64,000 bases of DNA from Eledone cirrhosa. Its lineage: Eukaryota. The position numbers and the translations under genes were made by a program. The stretch spans positions 220,410,001-220,474,000 of the forward strand of contig OZ024743.1 of NCBI GenBank assembly GCA_964016885.1, in the 5' to 3' direction. Shown piece after piece: positions 15,001 to 27,780 of the stretch. How positions within the stretch are numbered: position 1 is the first letter of the stretch; each line of letters starts with the position of its first letter. Below the pieces are notes generated by a model. The model was not told the origin of the DNA. It worked only from the letters and a program-made list of their open reading frames with translations, and made no database searches.

Positions 15001-18000
15001 GTATAATAACTGTTTCTAATTTAGGTTCAAGGCCAGCAATTACCCAGTGTATTAATGTATAATAACTGTTTCTACTTTAGGTACAAGGCCAGCAATTACC
15101 CAGTGTATTAATGTATAATAACTGTTTCTACTTTAGGTACAAGGCCAGCAATTACCCAGTGTATTAATGTATAATAACTGTTTCTACTTTAGGTACAAGG
15201 CCAGCAATTACCCAGTGTATTAATGTATAATAACTGTTTCTACTTTAGGTACAAGGCCAGCAATTACCCAGTGTATTAATGTATAATAACTGTTTCTACT
15301 TTAGGTACAAAGCCAGCAATTACCCAGTGTATTAATGTATAATAACTGTTTCTACTTTAGGTACAAAGCCAGCAATTACCCAGTGTATTAATGTATAATA
15401 ACTGTTTCTACTTTAGGTACAAGGCCAGCAATTACCCAGTACATTAATGTATAATAACTGTTTCTACTTTAGGTACAAGGCCAGCAATTACCCAGTGTAT
15501 TAAAGTATAATAACTGTTTCTACTTTAGGTACAAGGCCAGCAATTACCCAGTGTATTAATGTATAATAACTGTTTCTACTTCAGGTACAAGGCCAGCAAT
15601 TACCCAGTGTATTAATTTATAATAACTGTTTCTACTTTAGGTACAAGGCCAGCAATTACCCAGTAAATAATGTATAATAACTGTTTGTACTTTAGGTACA
15701 AGGCCAGCAATTACCCAGTGTATTAATGTATAATAACTGTTTCTACTTTAGGTACAAGGCCAGCAATTACCCAGTGTATTAATGTATAATAACTGTTTCT
15801 ACTTTAGGTACAAGGCCAGCAATTACCCAGTGTATTAATGTATAATAACTGTTTCTACTTTAGGTACAAGGCCAGCAATTACCCAGTGTATTAATGTATA
15901 ATAACTGTTTCTACTTTAGGTACAAGGCCAGCAATTACCCATTTTTTTAATGTATAATAACTGTTTCTACTTTAGGTACAAGGCCAGCAATTACCCAGTG
16001 TATTAATGTATAATAACTGTTTCTACTGTAGGTACAAGGCCAGCAATTACCCAGTGTATTAATGTATAATAACTGTTTCTACTTTAGGTTCAAGGCCAGC
16101 AATTACCCAGTGTATTAATGTATAATAACTGTTTCTGCTTTAGGTACATGGGCAGCAATTACCCAGTACATTAATGTATAATAACTGTTTCTACTTTAGG
16201 TACAAGGCCAGCAATTACCCAGTGTATTAATTTATAATAACTGTTTCTACTTTAGTTTCAAGGCCAGCAATTACCCAGTGTATTAATGTATAATAACTGT
16301 TTCTACTTTAGGTACAAGGCCAGCAATTACCCAGTACATTAATGTATAATAACTGTTTCTACTTTAGGTACAAGGCCAGCAATTACCCAGTGTATTAATT
16401 TATAATAACTGTTTCTACTTTAGGTACAAGGCCAGCAATTACCCAGTGTATTAATGTATAATAACTGTTTCTACTTTAGGTACAAGGCCAGCAATTACCC
16501 AGTACATTAATGTATAATTACTGTTTCTACTTTAGGTACAAGGCCAGCAATTACCCAGTGTATTAATGTATAATAACTGTTTCTACTTTAGGTACAAGGC
16601 CAGCAATTACCCAGTGTATTAATGTATAATAACTGTTTCTACTTTAGGTACAAGGCCAGCAATTACCCAGTGTATTAATGTATAATAACTGCTTCTACTT
16701 TAGATACAAGGCCAGCAATTACCCAGTGTATTAATGTATAATAACTGTTTCTACTTTAGGTACAAGGCCAGCAATTACCCAGTGTATTAATGTATAATAA
16801 CTGTTTCTACTTTAGGTACAAGGCCAGCAATTACCCAGTGTATTAATGTATAATAACTGTTTCTACTTTAGGTACAAGGCCAGCAATTACCCAGTGTATT
16901 AATGTATAATAACTGTTTCTACTTTAGGTTCAAGGCCATCAATTACCCAGTGTATTAATGTATAATAACTGTTTCTACTTTAGGTACAAGGCCAGCAATT
17001 ACCCAGTGTATTAATGTATAATAACTGTTTCTACTTTAGCTACAAGGCCAGCAATTACCCAGTGTATTAATGTATAATAACTGTTTCTAATTTAGGTTCA
17101 AGGCCAGCAATTACCCAGTGTATTAATGTATAATAACTGTTTCTACTTTAGGTACAAGGCCAGCAATTACCCAGTGTATTAATGTATAATAACTGTTTCT
17201 ACTTTAGGTACAAGGCCAGCAATTACCCAGTGTATTAATGTATAATAACTGTTTCTACTTTAGGTACAAGGCCAGCAATTACCCAGTGTATTAATGTATA
17301 ATAACTGTTTCTACTTTAGGTACAAGGCCAGCAATTACCCAGTGTATTAATGTATAATAACTGTTTCTACTTTAGGTACAAAGCCAGCAATTACCCAGTG
17401 TATTAATGTATAATAACTGTTTCTACTTTAGGTACAAAGCCAGCAATTACCCAGTGTATTAATGTATAATAACTGTTTCTACTTTAGGTACAAGGCCAGC
17501 AATTACCCAGTACATTAATGTATAATAACTGTTTCTACTTTAGGTACAAGGCCAGCAATTACCCAGTGTATTAAAGTATAATAACTGTTTCTACTTTAGG
17601 TACAAGGCCAGCAATTACCCAGTGTATTAATGTATAATAACTGTTTCTACTTCAGGTACAAGGCCAGCAATTACCCAGTGTATTAATTTATAATAACTGT
17701 TTCTACTTTAGGTACAAGGCCAGCAATTACCCAGTAAATAATGTATAATAACTGTTTGTACTTTAGGTACAAGGCCAGCAATTACCCAGTGTATTAATGT
17801 ATAATAACTGTTTCTACTTTAGGTACAAGGCCAGCAATTACCCAGTGTATTAATGTATAATAACTGTTTCTACTTTAGGTACAAGGCCAGCAATTACCCA
17901 GTGTATTAATGTATAATAACTGTTTCTACTTTAGGTACAAGGCCAGCAATTACCCAGTGTATTAATGTATAATAACTGTTTCTACTTTAGGTACAAGGCC

Positions 18001-21000
18001 AGCAATTACCCATTTTTTTAATGTATAATAACTGTTTCTACTTTAGGTACAAGGCCAGCAATTACCCAGTGTATTAATGTATAATAACTGTTTCTACTGT
18101 AGGTACAAGGCCAGCAATTACCCAGTGTATTAATGTATAATAACTGTTTCTACTTTAGGTTCAAGGCCAGCAATTACCCAGTGTATTAATGTATAATAAC
18201 TGTTTCTGCTTTAGGTACATGGGCAGCAATTACCCAGTACATTAATGTATAATAACTGTTTCTACTTTAGGTACAAGGCCAGCAATTACCCAGTACATTA
18301 ATGTATAATAACTGTTTCTACTTTAGGTACAAGGCCAGCAATTACCCAGTGTATTAATTTATAATAACTGTTTCTACTTTAGGTACAAGGCCAGCAATTA
18401 CCCAGTGTATTAATGTATAATAACTGTTTCTACTTTAGGTACAAGGCCAGCAATTACCCAGTACATTAATGTATAATAACTGTTTCTACTTTAGGTACAA
18501 GGCCAGCAATTACCCAGTGTATTAATGTATAATAACTGTTTCTACTGTAGGTACAAGGCCAGCAATTACCCAGTGTATTAATGTATAATAACTGTTTCTA
18601 CTTTAGGTTCAAGGCCAGCAATTACCCAGTGTATTAATGTATAATAACTGTTTCTGCTTTAGGTACATGGGCAGCAATTACCCAGTACATTAATGTATAA
18701 TAACTGTTTCTACTTTAGGTACAAGGCCAGCAATTACCCAGTACATTAATGTATAATAACTGTTTCTACTTTAGGTACAAGGCCAGCAATTACCCAGTGT
18801 ATTAATTTATAATAACTGTTTCTACTTTAGGTACAAGGCCAGCAATTACCCAGTGTATTAATGTATAATAACTGTTTCTACTTTAGGTACAAGGCCAGCA
18901 ATTACCCAGTACATTAATGTATAATAACTGTTTCTACTTTAGGTACAAGGCCAGCAATTACCCAGTGTATTAATGTATAATAACTGTTTCTACTTTAGGT
19001 ACAAGGCCAGCAATTACCCAGTACATTAATGTATAATAACTGTTTCTACTTTAGGTACAAGGCCAGCAATTACCCAGTACATTAATGTATAATAACTGTT
19101 TGTACTTTAGGTACAAGGCCAGCAATTACCCAGTGTATTAATGTATAATAACTGTTTCTACTATAGGCACAAGGCCAGCAATTACCCAGTGTATTAATGT
19201 ATAATAACTGTTTCTACTTTAGGTACATGGCCAGCAATTACCCAGTGTATTAATGGATAATAACTGTTTCTACTTTAGGTACAAGGCCAGCAATTACCCA
19301 GTGTATTAATGTATAATAACTGTTTCTACTTTAGGTACAAGGCCAGCAATTACCCAGTGTATTAATGTATAATAACTGTTTCTACTTTAGGTACAAAGTC
19401 AGCAATTACCCAGTGTATTAATGTATAATAACTGTTTCTACTTTAGGCACAAGGCCAGCAATTACCCAGTGTATTAATGTATAATAACTGTTTCTACTTT
19501 AGGTACAAGGTCAGCAATTACCCAGTGTATTAATTTATAATAACTGTTTCTACTTTAGGTACAAGGCCAGCAATTACCCAGTAAATAATGTATAATAACT
19601 GATTGTACTTTAGGTACAAGGCCAGCAATTACCCAGTGTATTAATGTATAATAACTGTTTCTACTTTAGGTACAAGGCCAGCAATTACCCAGTGTATTAA
19701 TGTATAATAACTGTTTCTACTTTAGGTTAAAGGCCAGCAATTACCCAGTGTATTAATGTATAATAACTGTTTATAATTTAGGTACAAGGTCAGCAATTAC
19801 CCAGTACATTAATGTATAATAACTGTTTCTACTTTAGGCACAAGGCCAGCAATTACCCAGTGTATTAATGTATAATAACGGTTTCTACTTTAGGTACAAG
19901 GCCAGCAATTACCCAGTACATTAATGTATAATTACTGTTTCTACTTTAGGTACAAGGCCAGCAATTACCCAGTGTATTAATGTATAATAACTGTTTCTAC
20001 TTTAGGCACAAGGCCAGCAATTACCCAGTGTATTAATGTATAATAACTGTTTCTACTTTAGGTACAAGGCCAGCAATTACCCAGTACATTAATGTATAAT
20101 TACTGTTTCTACTTTAGGTACAAGGCCAGCAATTACCCAGTGTATTAATGTATAATAACTGTTTCTACTTTAGGTACAAGGCCAGCAATTACCCAGTGTA
20201 TTAATGTATAATAACTGTTTCTACTTTAGGTACAAGGCCAGCAATTACCCAGTGTATTAATGTATAATAACTGCTTCTACTTTAGATACAAGGCCAGCAA
20301 TTACCCAGTGTATTAATGTATAATAACTGTTTCTACTTTAGGTACAAGGCCAGCAATTACCCAGTGTATTAATGTATAATAACTGTTTCTACTTTAGGTA
20401 CAAGGCCAGCAATTACCCAGTGTATTAATGTATAATAACTGTTTCTACTTTAGGTACAAGGCCAGCAATTACCCAGTGTATTAATGTATAATAACTGTTT
20501 CTACTTTAGGTTCAAGGCCAGCAATTACCCAGTGTATTAATGTATAATAACTGTTTCTACTTTAGGTACAAGGCCAGCAATTACCCAGTGTATTAATGTA
20601 TAATAACTGTTTCTACTTTAGGTACAAGGCCAGCAATTACCCAGTGTATTAATGTATAATAACTGTTTCTAATTTAGGTTCAAGGCCAGCAATTACCCAG
20701 TGTATTAATGTATAATAACTGTTTCTACTTTAGGTACAAGGCCAGCAATTACCCAGTGTATTAATGTATAATAACTGTTTCTACTTTAGGTACAAGGCCA
20801 GCAATTACCCAGTGTATTAATGTATAATAACTGTTTCTACTTTAGGTACAAGGCCAGCAATTACCCAGTGTATTAATGTATAATAACTGTTTCTACTTTA
20901 GGTACAAGGCCAGCAATTACCCAGTGTATTAATGTATAATAACTGTTTCTACTTTAGGTACAAAGCCAGCAATTACCCAGTGTATTAATGTATAATAACT

Positions 21001-24000
21001 GTTTCTACTTTAGGTACAAAGCCAGCAATTACCCAGTGTATTAATGTATAATAACTGTTTCTACTTTAGGTACAAGGCCAGCAATTACCCAGTACATTAA
21101 TGTATAATAACTGTTTCTACTTTAGGTACAAGGCCAGCAATTACCCAGTGTATTAAAGTATAATAACTGTTTCTACTTTAGGTACAAGGCCAGCAATTAC
21201 CCAGTGTATTAATGTATAATAACTGTTTCTACTTCAGGTACAAGGCCAGCAATTACCCAGTGTATTAATTTATAATAACTGTTTCTACTTTAGGTACAAG
21301 GCCAGCAATTACCCAGTAAATAATGTATAATAACTGTTTGTACTTTAGGTACAAGGCCAGCAATTACCCAGTGTATTAATGTATAATAACTGTTTCTACT
21401 TTAGGTACAAGGCCAGCAATTACCCAGTGTATTAATATATAATAACTGTTTCTACTTTAGGTACAAGGCCAGCAATTACCCAGTGTATTAATGTATAATA
21501 ACTGTTTCTACTTTAGGTACAAGGCCAGCAATTACCCAGTGTATTAATGTATAATAACTGTTTCTACTTTAGGTACAAGGCCAGCAATTACCCATTTTTT
21601 TAATGTATAATAACTGTTTCTACTTTAGGTACAAGGCCAGCAATTACCCAGTGTATTAATGTATAATAACTGTTTCTACTGTAGGTACAAGGCCAGCAAT
21701 TACCCAGTGTATTAATGTATAATAACTGTTTCTACTTTAGGTTCAAGGCCAGCAATTACCCAGTGTATTAATGTATAATAACTGTTTCTGCTTTAGGTAC
21801 ATGGGCAGCAATTACCCAGTACATTAATGTATAATAACTGTTTCTACTTTAGGTACAAGGCCAGCAATTACCCAGTGTATTAATTTATAATAACTGTTTC
21901 TACTTTAGTTTCAAGGCCAGCAATTACCCAGTGTATTAATGTATAATAACTGTTTCTACTTTAGGTACAAGGCCAGCAATTACCCAGTACATTAATGTAT
22001 AATAACTGTTTCTACTTTAGGTACAAGGCCAGCAATTACCCAGTACATTAATGTATAATTACTGTTTCTACTTTAGGTACAAGGCCAGCAATTACCCAGT
22101 GTATTAATGTATAATAACTGTTTCTACTTTAGGTACAAGGCCAGCAATTACCCAGTGTATTAATGTATAATAACTGTTTCTACTTTAGGTACAAGGCCAG
22201 CAATTACCCAGTGTATTAATGTATAATAACTGTTTCTACTTTAGGTACAAGGCCAGCAATTACCCAGTGTATTAATGTATAATAACTGTTTCTACTTTAG
22301 GTACAAGGCCAGCAATTACCCAGTGTATTAATGTATAATAACTGTTTCTACTTTAGGTTCAAGGCCAGCAATTACCCAGTGTATTAATGTATAATAACTG
22401 TTTCTACTTTAGGTACAAGGCCAGCAATTACCCAGTGTATTAATGTATAATAACTGTTTCTACTTTAGGTACAAGGCCAGCAATTACCCAGTGTATTAAT
22501 GTATAATAACTGTTTCTAATTTAGGTTCAAGGCCAGCAATTACCCAGTGTATTAATGTATAATAACTGTTTCTACTTTAGGTACAAGGCCAGCAATTACC
22601 CAGTGTATTAATGTATAATAACTGTTTCTACTTTAGGTACAAGGCCAGCAATTACCCAGTGTATTAATGTATAATAACTGTTTCTACTTTAGGTACAAGG
22701 CCAGCAATTACCCAGTGTATTAATGTATAATAACTGTTTCTACTTTAGGTACAAGGCCAGCAATTACCCAGTGTATTAATGTATAATAACTGTTTCTACT
22801 TTAGGTACAAAGCCAGCAATTACCCAGTGTATTAATGTATAATAACTGTTTCTACTTTAGGTACAAAGCCAGCAATTACCCAGTGTATTAATGTATAATA
22901 ACTGTTTCTACTTTAGGTACAAGGCCAGCAATTACCCAGTACATTAATGTATAATAACTGTTTCTACTTTAGGTACAAGGCCAGCAATTACCCAGTGTAT
23001 TAAAGTATAATAACTGTTTCTACTTTAGGTACAAGGCCAGCAATTACCCAGTGTATTAATGTATAATAACTGTTTCTACTTCAGGTACAAGGCCAGCAAT
23101 TACCCAGTGTATTAATGTATAATAACTGTTTCTACTTTAGGTACAAGGCCAGCAATTACCCAGTGTATTAATGTATAATAACTGTTTCTACTTTAGGTAC
23201 AAGGCCAGCAATTACCCAGTGTATTAATGTATAATAACTGTTTCTACTTTAGGTACAAGGCCAGCAATTACCCATTTTTTTAATGTATAATAACTGTTTC
23301 TACTTTAGGTACAAGGCCAGCAATTACCCAGTGTATTAATGTATAATAACTGTTTCTACTGTAGGTACAAGGCCAGCAATTACCCAGTGTATTAATGTAT
23401 AATAACTGTTTCTACTTTAGGTTCAAGGCCAGCAATTACCCAGTGTATTAATGTATAATAACTGTTTCTGCTTTAGGTACATGGGCAGCAATTACCCAGT
23501 ACATTAATGTATAATAACTGTTTCTACTTTAGGTACAAGGCCAGCAATTACCCAGTGTATTAATTTATAATAACTGTTTCTACTTTAGTTTCAAGGCCAG
23601 CAATTACCCAGTGTATTAATGTATAATAACTGTTTCTACTTTAGGTACAAGGCCAGCAATTACCCAGTACATTAATGTATAATAACTGTTTCTACTTTAG
23701 GTACAAGGCCAGCAATTACCCAGTGTATTAATTTATAATAACTGTTTCTACTTTAGGTACAAGGCCAGCAATTACCCAGTGTATTAATGTATAATAACTG
23801 TTTCTACTTTAGGTACAAGGCCAGCAATTACCCAGTACATTAATGTATAATAACTGTTTCTACTTTAGGTACAAGGCCAGCAATTACCCAGTGTATTAAT
23901 GTATAATAACTGTTTCTACTTTAGGTACAAGGCCAGCAATTACCCAGTACATTAATGTATAATAACTGTTTCTACTTTAGGTACAAGGCCAGCAATTACC

Positions 24001-24244
24001 CAGTACATTAATGTATAATAACTGTTTGTACTTTAGGTACAAGGCCAGCAATTACCCAGTGTATTAATGTATAATAACTGTTTCTACTATAGGCACAAGG
24101 CCAGCAATTACCCAGTGTATTAATGTATAATAACTGTTTCTACTTTAGGTACATGGCCAGCAATTACCCAGTGTATTAATGGATAATAACTGTTTCTACT
24201 TTAGGTACAAGGTCAGCAATTACCCAGTGCATTAATGTATAATA
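1..24244. repeat. 56-bp tandem satellite array (~430 monomers), SINE-tail derived, truncated by left window edge
   Basis: Unit ATAACTGTTTCTACTTTAGGTACAAGGCCAGCAATTACCCAGTGTATTAATGTATA recurs at 1, 57, ... 841 (15x56) with few substitutions and occasional 1-bp deletions; ends ~24,244. Confidence 0.99.
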
Positions 24245-24316
24245 ACAACAGTTATCGTAAGAACAACACCAATAATAACAACAATAATAACAACCATAAT
24301 ATCAAGAACAATGGAA

Positions 24317-24500
24317 TCAATTCAATTCAATTCAATATATTTGGCAGAAAATAAAAGATAGATGCTTCAGATGCCATGTAAGGAGGGGGGGGGGGTGCAA
24401 CATCTACACAGTCGGAAACACAGTGGTCCAACACCGGTCCAATGTCGCCTTGAATTGTTGCGTGGTTGACGCGTTGACTACTTCTTCTGGAAGCCGATTA
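24317..24500 (-). mobile_element. 3' stub of a CR1/L2-group LINE (ORF2 C-terminus, 3' UTR, (ATTGA)n tail)
   Basis: Minus strand reads NRLPEEVVNASTTQQFKATLDRCW...V*, matching the CR1-type ORF2 terminal motif (W)NxLPxxVVxAxSxxxFKxxLDxxW; ends in a (TCAAT)4 tail at ~24,317-24,336. Confidence 0.75.
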
Positions 24501-24502
24501 GA

Positions 24503-24917
24503 AAGCAGCAGCAGTAACAGCAACAGTAACAGCAGCAACAACAATGACAGCAACAACAACAATAACAACAACAACAACGACAGCAACAACAACAACAACA
24601 ACAACAACAATGACAGCAACAACGACAGCAACAACAACAGCAACAACAACAACAACAATGACAGCAACAGCAACAACAACAACAATGACAGCAACAACAA
24701 CAACAACAACAACAACAATGACAGCAACAACAACAGCAACAACAACAGCAACAACAACAGCAACAACAACAGCAACAACAACAACAACAATGACAACAAC
24801 AACAACAACAACAACAATGACAGCAACAACAACAACAACAACAAAGACAGCAACAGCAGCAGCAACAACAACAACGACAGCAACAACAACAACAACAACA
24901 ACAAAGACAGCAACAGC

Positions 24918-24951
<34 letters not shown>

Positions 24952-25084
24952 ACAACAATGACAGCAACAACAACAACAACAATGACAGCAACAACTACAA
25001 CAACAACGACAACAATGACAGCAACAGCAACAACAACAACAACAACAACAACAATGACAGCAACAACAACAACAACAATGACAG

Positions 25085-25116
<32 letters not shown>

Positions 25117-25656
25117 ACAGCAACATCAACAACAACAACAACAGTGACAGCAACAACAACAACAACAACAATGACAGCAACAACAACAACAGCAACAATG
25201 ACAGCAACAACAACAACAACAACAACAATAGCAACAACAACAACAACAACAATGACAGCAACAACAACAACAACAACGACAACAATGACAGCAACAACAA
25301 CAACAACAACAACAATGACAGCAACAACAACAACAACAACAACAACAACAAGAACAATGACAGCAACAACAACAACAACAATAGCAACAACAACAACAGC
25401 AATGACAGCAACAGCAACAACAACAACGACAACAATGACAGCAACAACAACAAGAACAATGACAGCAACAACAACAAACAACAACAACAACAGTGACAGC
25501 AACAGCAACAACAACAACAACAACAACAATGACAGCAACAGCAACAACAACAACAACAATAACAACAACAACAACAATGACAGCGACAACAACAACAACA
25601 ACAACAGCAACGACAACAATGACAGCAACAGCAACAACAACAACAACAGCGACAGC

Positions 25657-25693
<37 letters not shown>

Positions 25694-25876
25694 ACAGCAA
25701 CAACAACAACAACAACAACAGTGACAGCAACAACAGCAACAATGACAGCGACCAACAACAACAACAGTGACAGCAACAATAACAACAACAACAATGACAG
25801 CAACAACAACAACAACAACAGTGACAGCAACAACAACAACAATGACAGCATCAACAATAACAACAATGACAGCAAC

Positions 25877-25910
<34 letters not shown>

Positions 25911-26187
25911 ACAACGACAACAACAGCAACAACAACAACAACAACAGCAACAATGACAGCAACAGCAACAGCAACAGCAACAACAACAACAGTGACAGCA
26001 ACAACAACAACAACAACAACGACAACAATGACAGCAACAGCAACAACAACAACAACAACGACAACAATGACAGCAACAACAACAACAACAACAACGACAA
26101 CAATGAGAGCAACAACAACAACAACAACGACAACGACAACAATGACAGCAGCAACATCAACAACAACAACAACGGCAACAATGACAG

Positions 26188-26226
<39 letters not shown>

Positions 26227-27780
26227 TGACAGCAACAACAACAACAACGACAATGACAGCAACAACAACAACAACAACGACAACGACAACGACAACAATG
26301 ACAGCAACAACAACAACATCAACGACAACAATGACAGCAACAACAACAACAACAACGACAACAACGACAACAACAACAACAACAACAACAACAACGACAA
26401 CAATGACAGCAACAACAACAACAACAACAATGACAGCAACAACAACAACAACAACAACAACGACAACGACAACAACAATGACAGCAACAACAACAACAAC
26501 GACAACAATGACAACAACAACAACAACAACAACGACAACGACAACAATGACAGCAACAGCAACAACAACAACGACAACAATGACAGCAACAACAACAACA
26601 ACGACAACAATGACAACAACAACAACAACAGCAACAACAACAACGACAACGACAACAATGACAGCAACAGCAACAACAACAACGACAACAATGACAGCAA
26701 CAACAACAACAACGACAACAATGACCACAACAACAACAACAACGACAACGACAACGACAACAATGACAGCAACAGCAACAACAACAACGATAACAACAAC
26801 AACAACAACAACGACAACAATGACAGCAACAACAACAACAACGACAAAAATGACAACAACAACAACAACAACGACAACGACAACAATGACAATAACAACA
26901 ACAACAACAACAACGACAACGACAACAATGACAGCAACAGCAACAACAACAACGACAACAATGACAGCAACAACAACAACAGCAACAACGACAACAATGA
27001 CAGCAACAGCAACAACAATGACAGCAACAACAACAACAACAACAACACAACAACAACGACAGCAACAACAACAATGACAGCAACAGCAACAACAACAACA
27101 ACAATGACAGCAACAGCAACAACAACAACCGCAACAATAACAGCAACAACAACAACAGCAACAATGACAGCAACAACAACAACAATGACAACAACAACAA
27201 CAATGACAGCAACAACAACAATGACAGCAACAACAACAATGACAGCAACAGCAACAGCAACAACAACTATGACAGCAACAGCAATAACAATGACAGCAAC
27301 ATCAACAATGACAGCAACAACAACAACTATGACAGCAACAACAACAACTATGACAGCAACAGCAACAACAACAGCAACAACAATGACAGCAACATCAACA
27401 ATGACAGCAACAACAACAACAATGACAGCAACAGCAACAACAACAACAATAATGACAGCAACAGCAATAACAACAACAATGACAGCAACAGCAACAACAA
27501 CAACAACAATAATGACAGCAACAGCAACAACAACAATGACAGCAACAGCAACAACAACAACAACAATAATGACAGCAACAGCAACAACAACAACAACAAT
27601 GACAGCAACAGCAACAACAACAACAACAATGACAGCAACAACAACAAGAACAACAACAATGACAACAACAACAATGACAGCAACAACAACAATAACAACA
27701 ACAACAACGACAGCAACAACAACAATAATGACAGCACCAGCAATAACAACAACAATAATGACAGCAACATTAGCAACAAC
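24503..27780. repeat. Compound (AAC)n microsatellite punctuated by AATGACAGC/GAC units
   Basis: Runs of AAC separated by recurring AAT-GAC-AGC; source of the poly-N/T/L/V ORFs. Confidence 0.97.

Noticed and set aside
1-24244. CRISPR-like array
   Set aside because: Monomers are contiguous with no unique spacers; eukaryotic context and no cas genes.
1-24244. TATAAT (-10 box) and TTTAG|GT recursive-splice-like motif in nearly every monomer
   Set aside because: Sigma70 promoters are irrelevant in this genome; the AG|GT motif is on the plus strand, antisense to the only gene seen, and has a weak donor.
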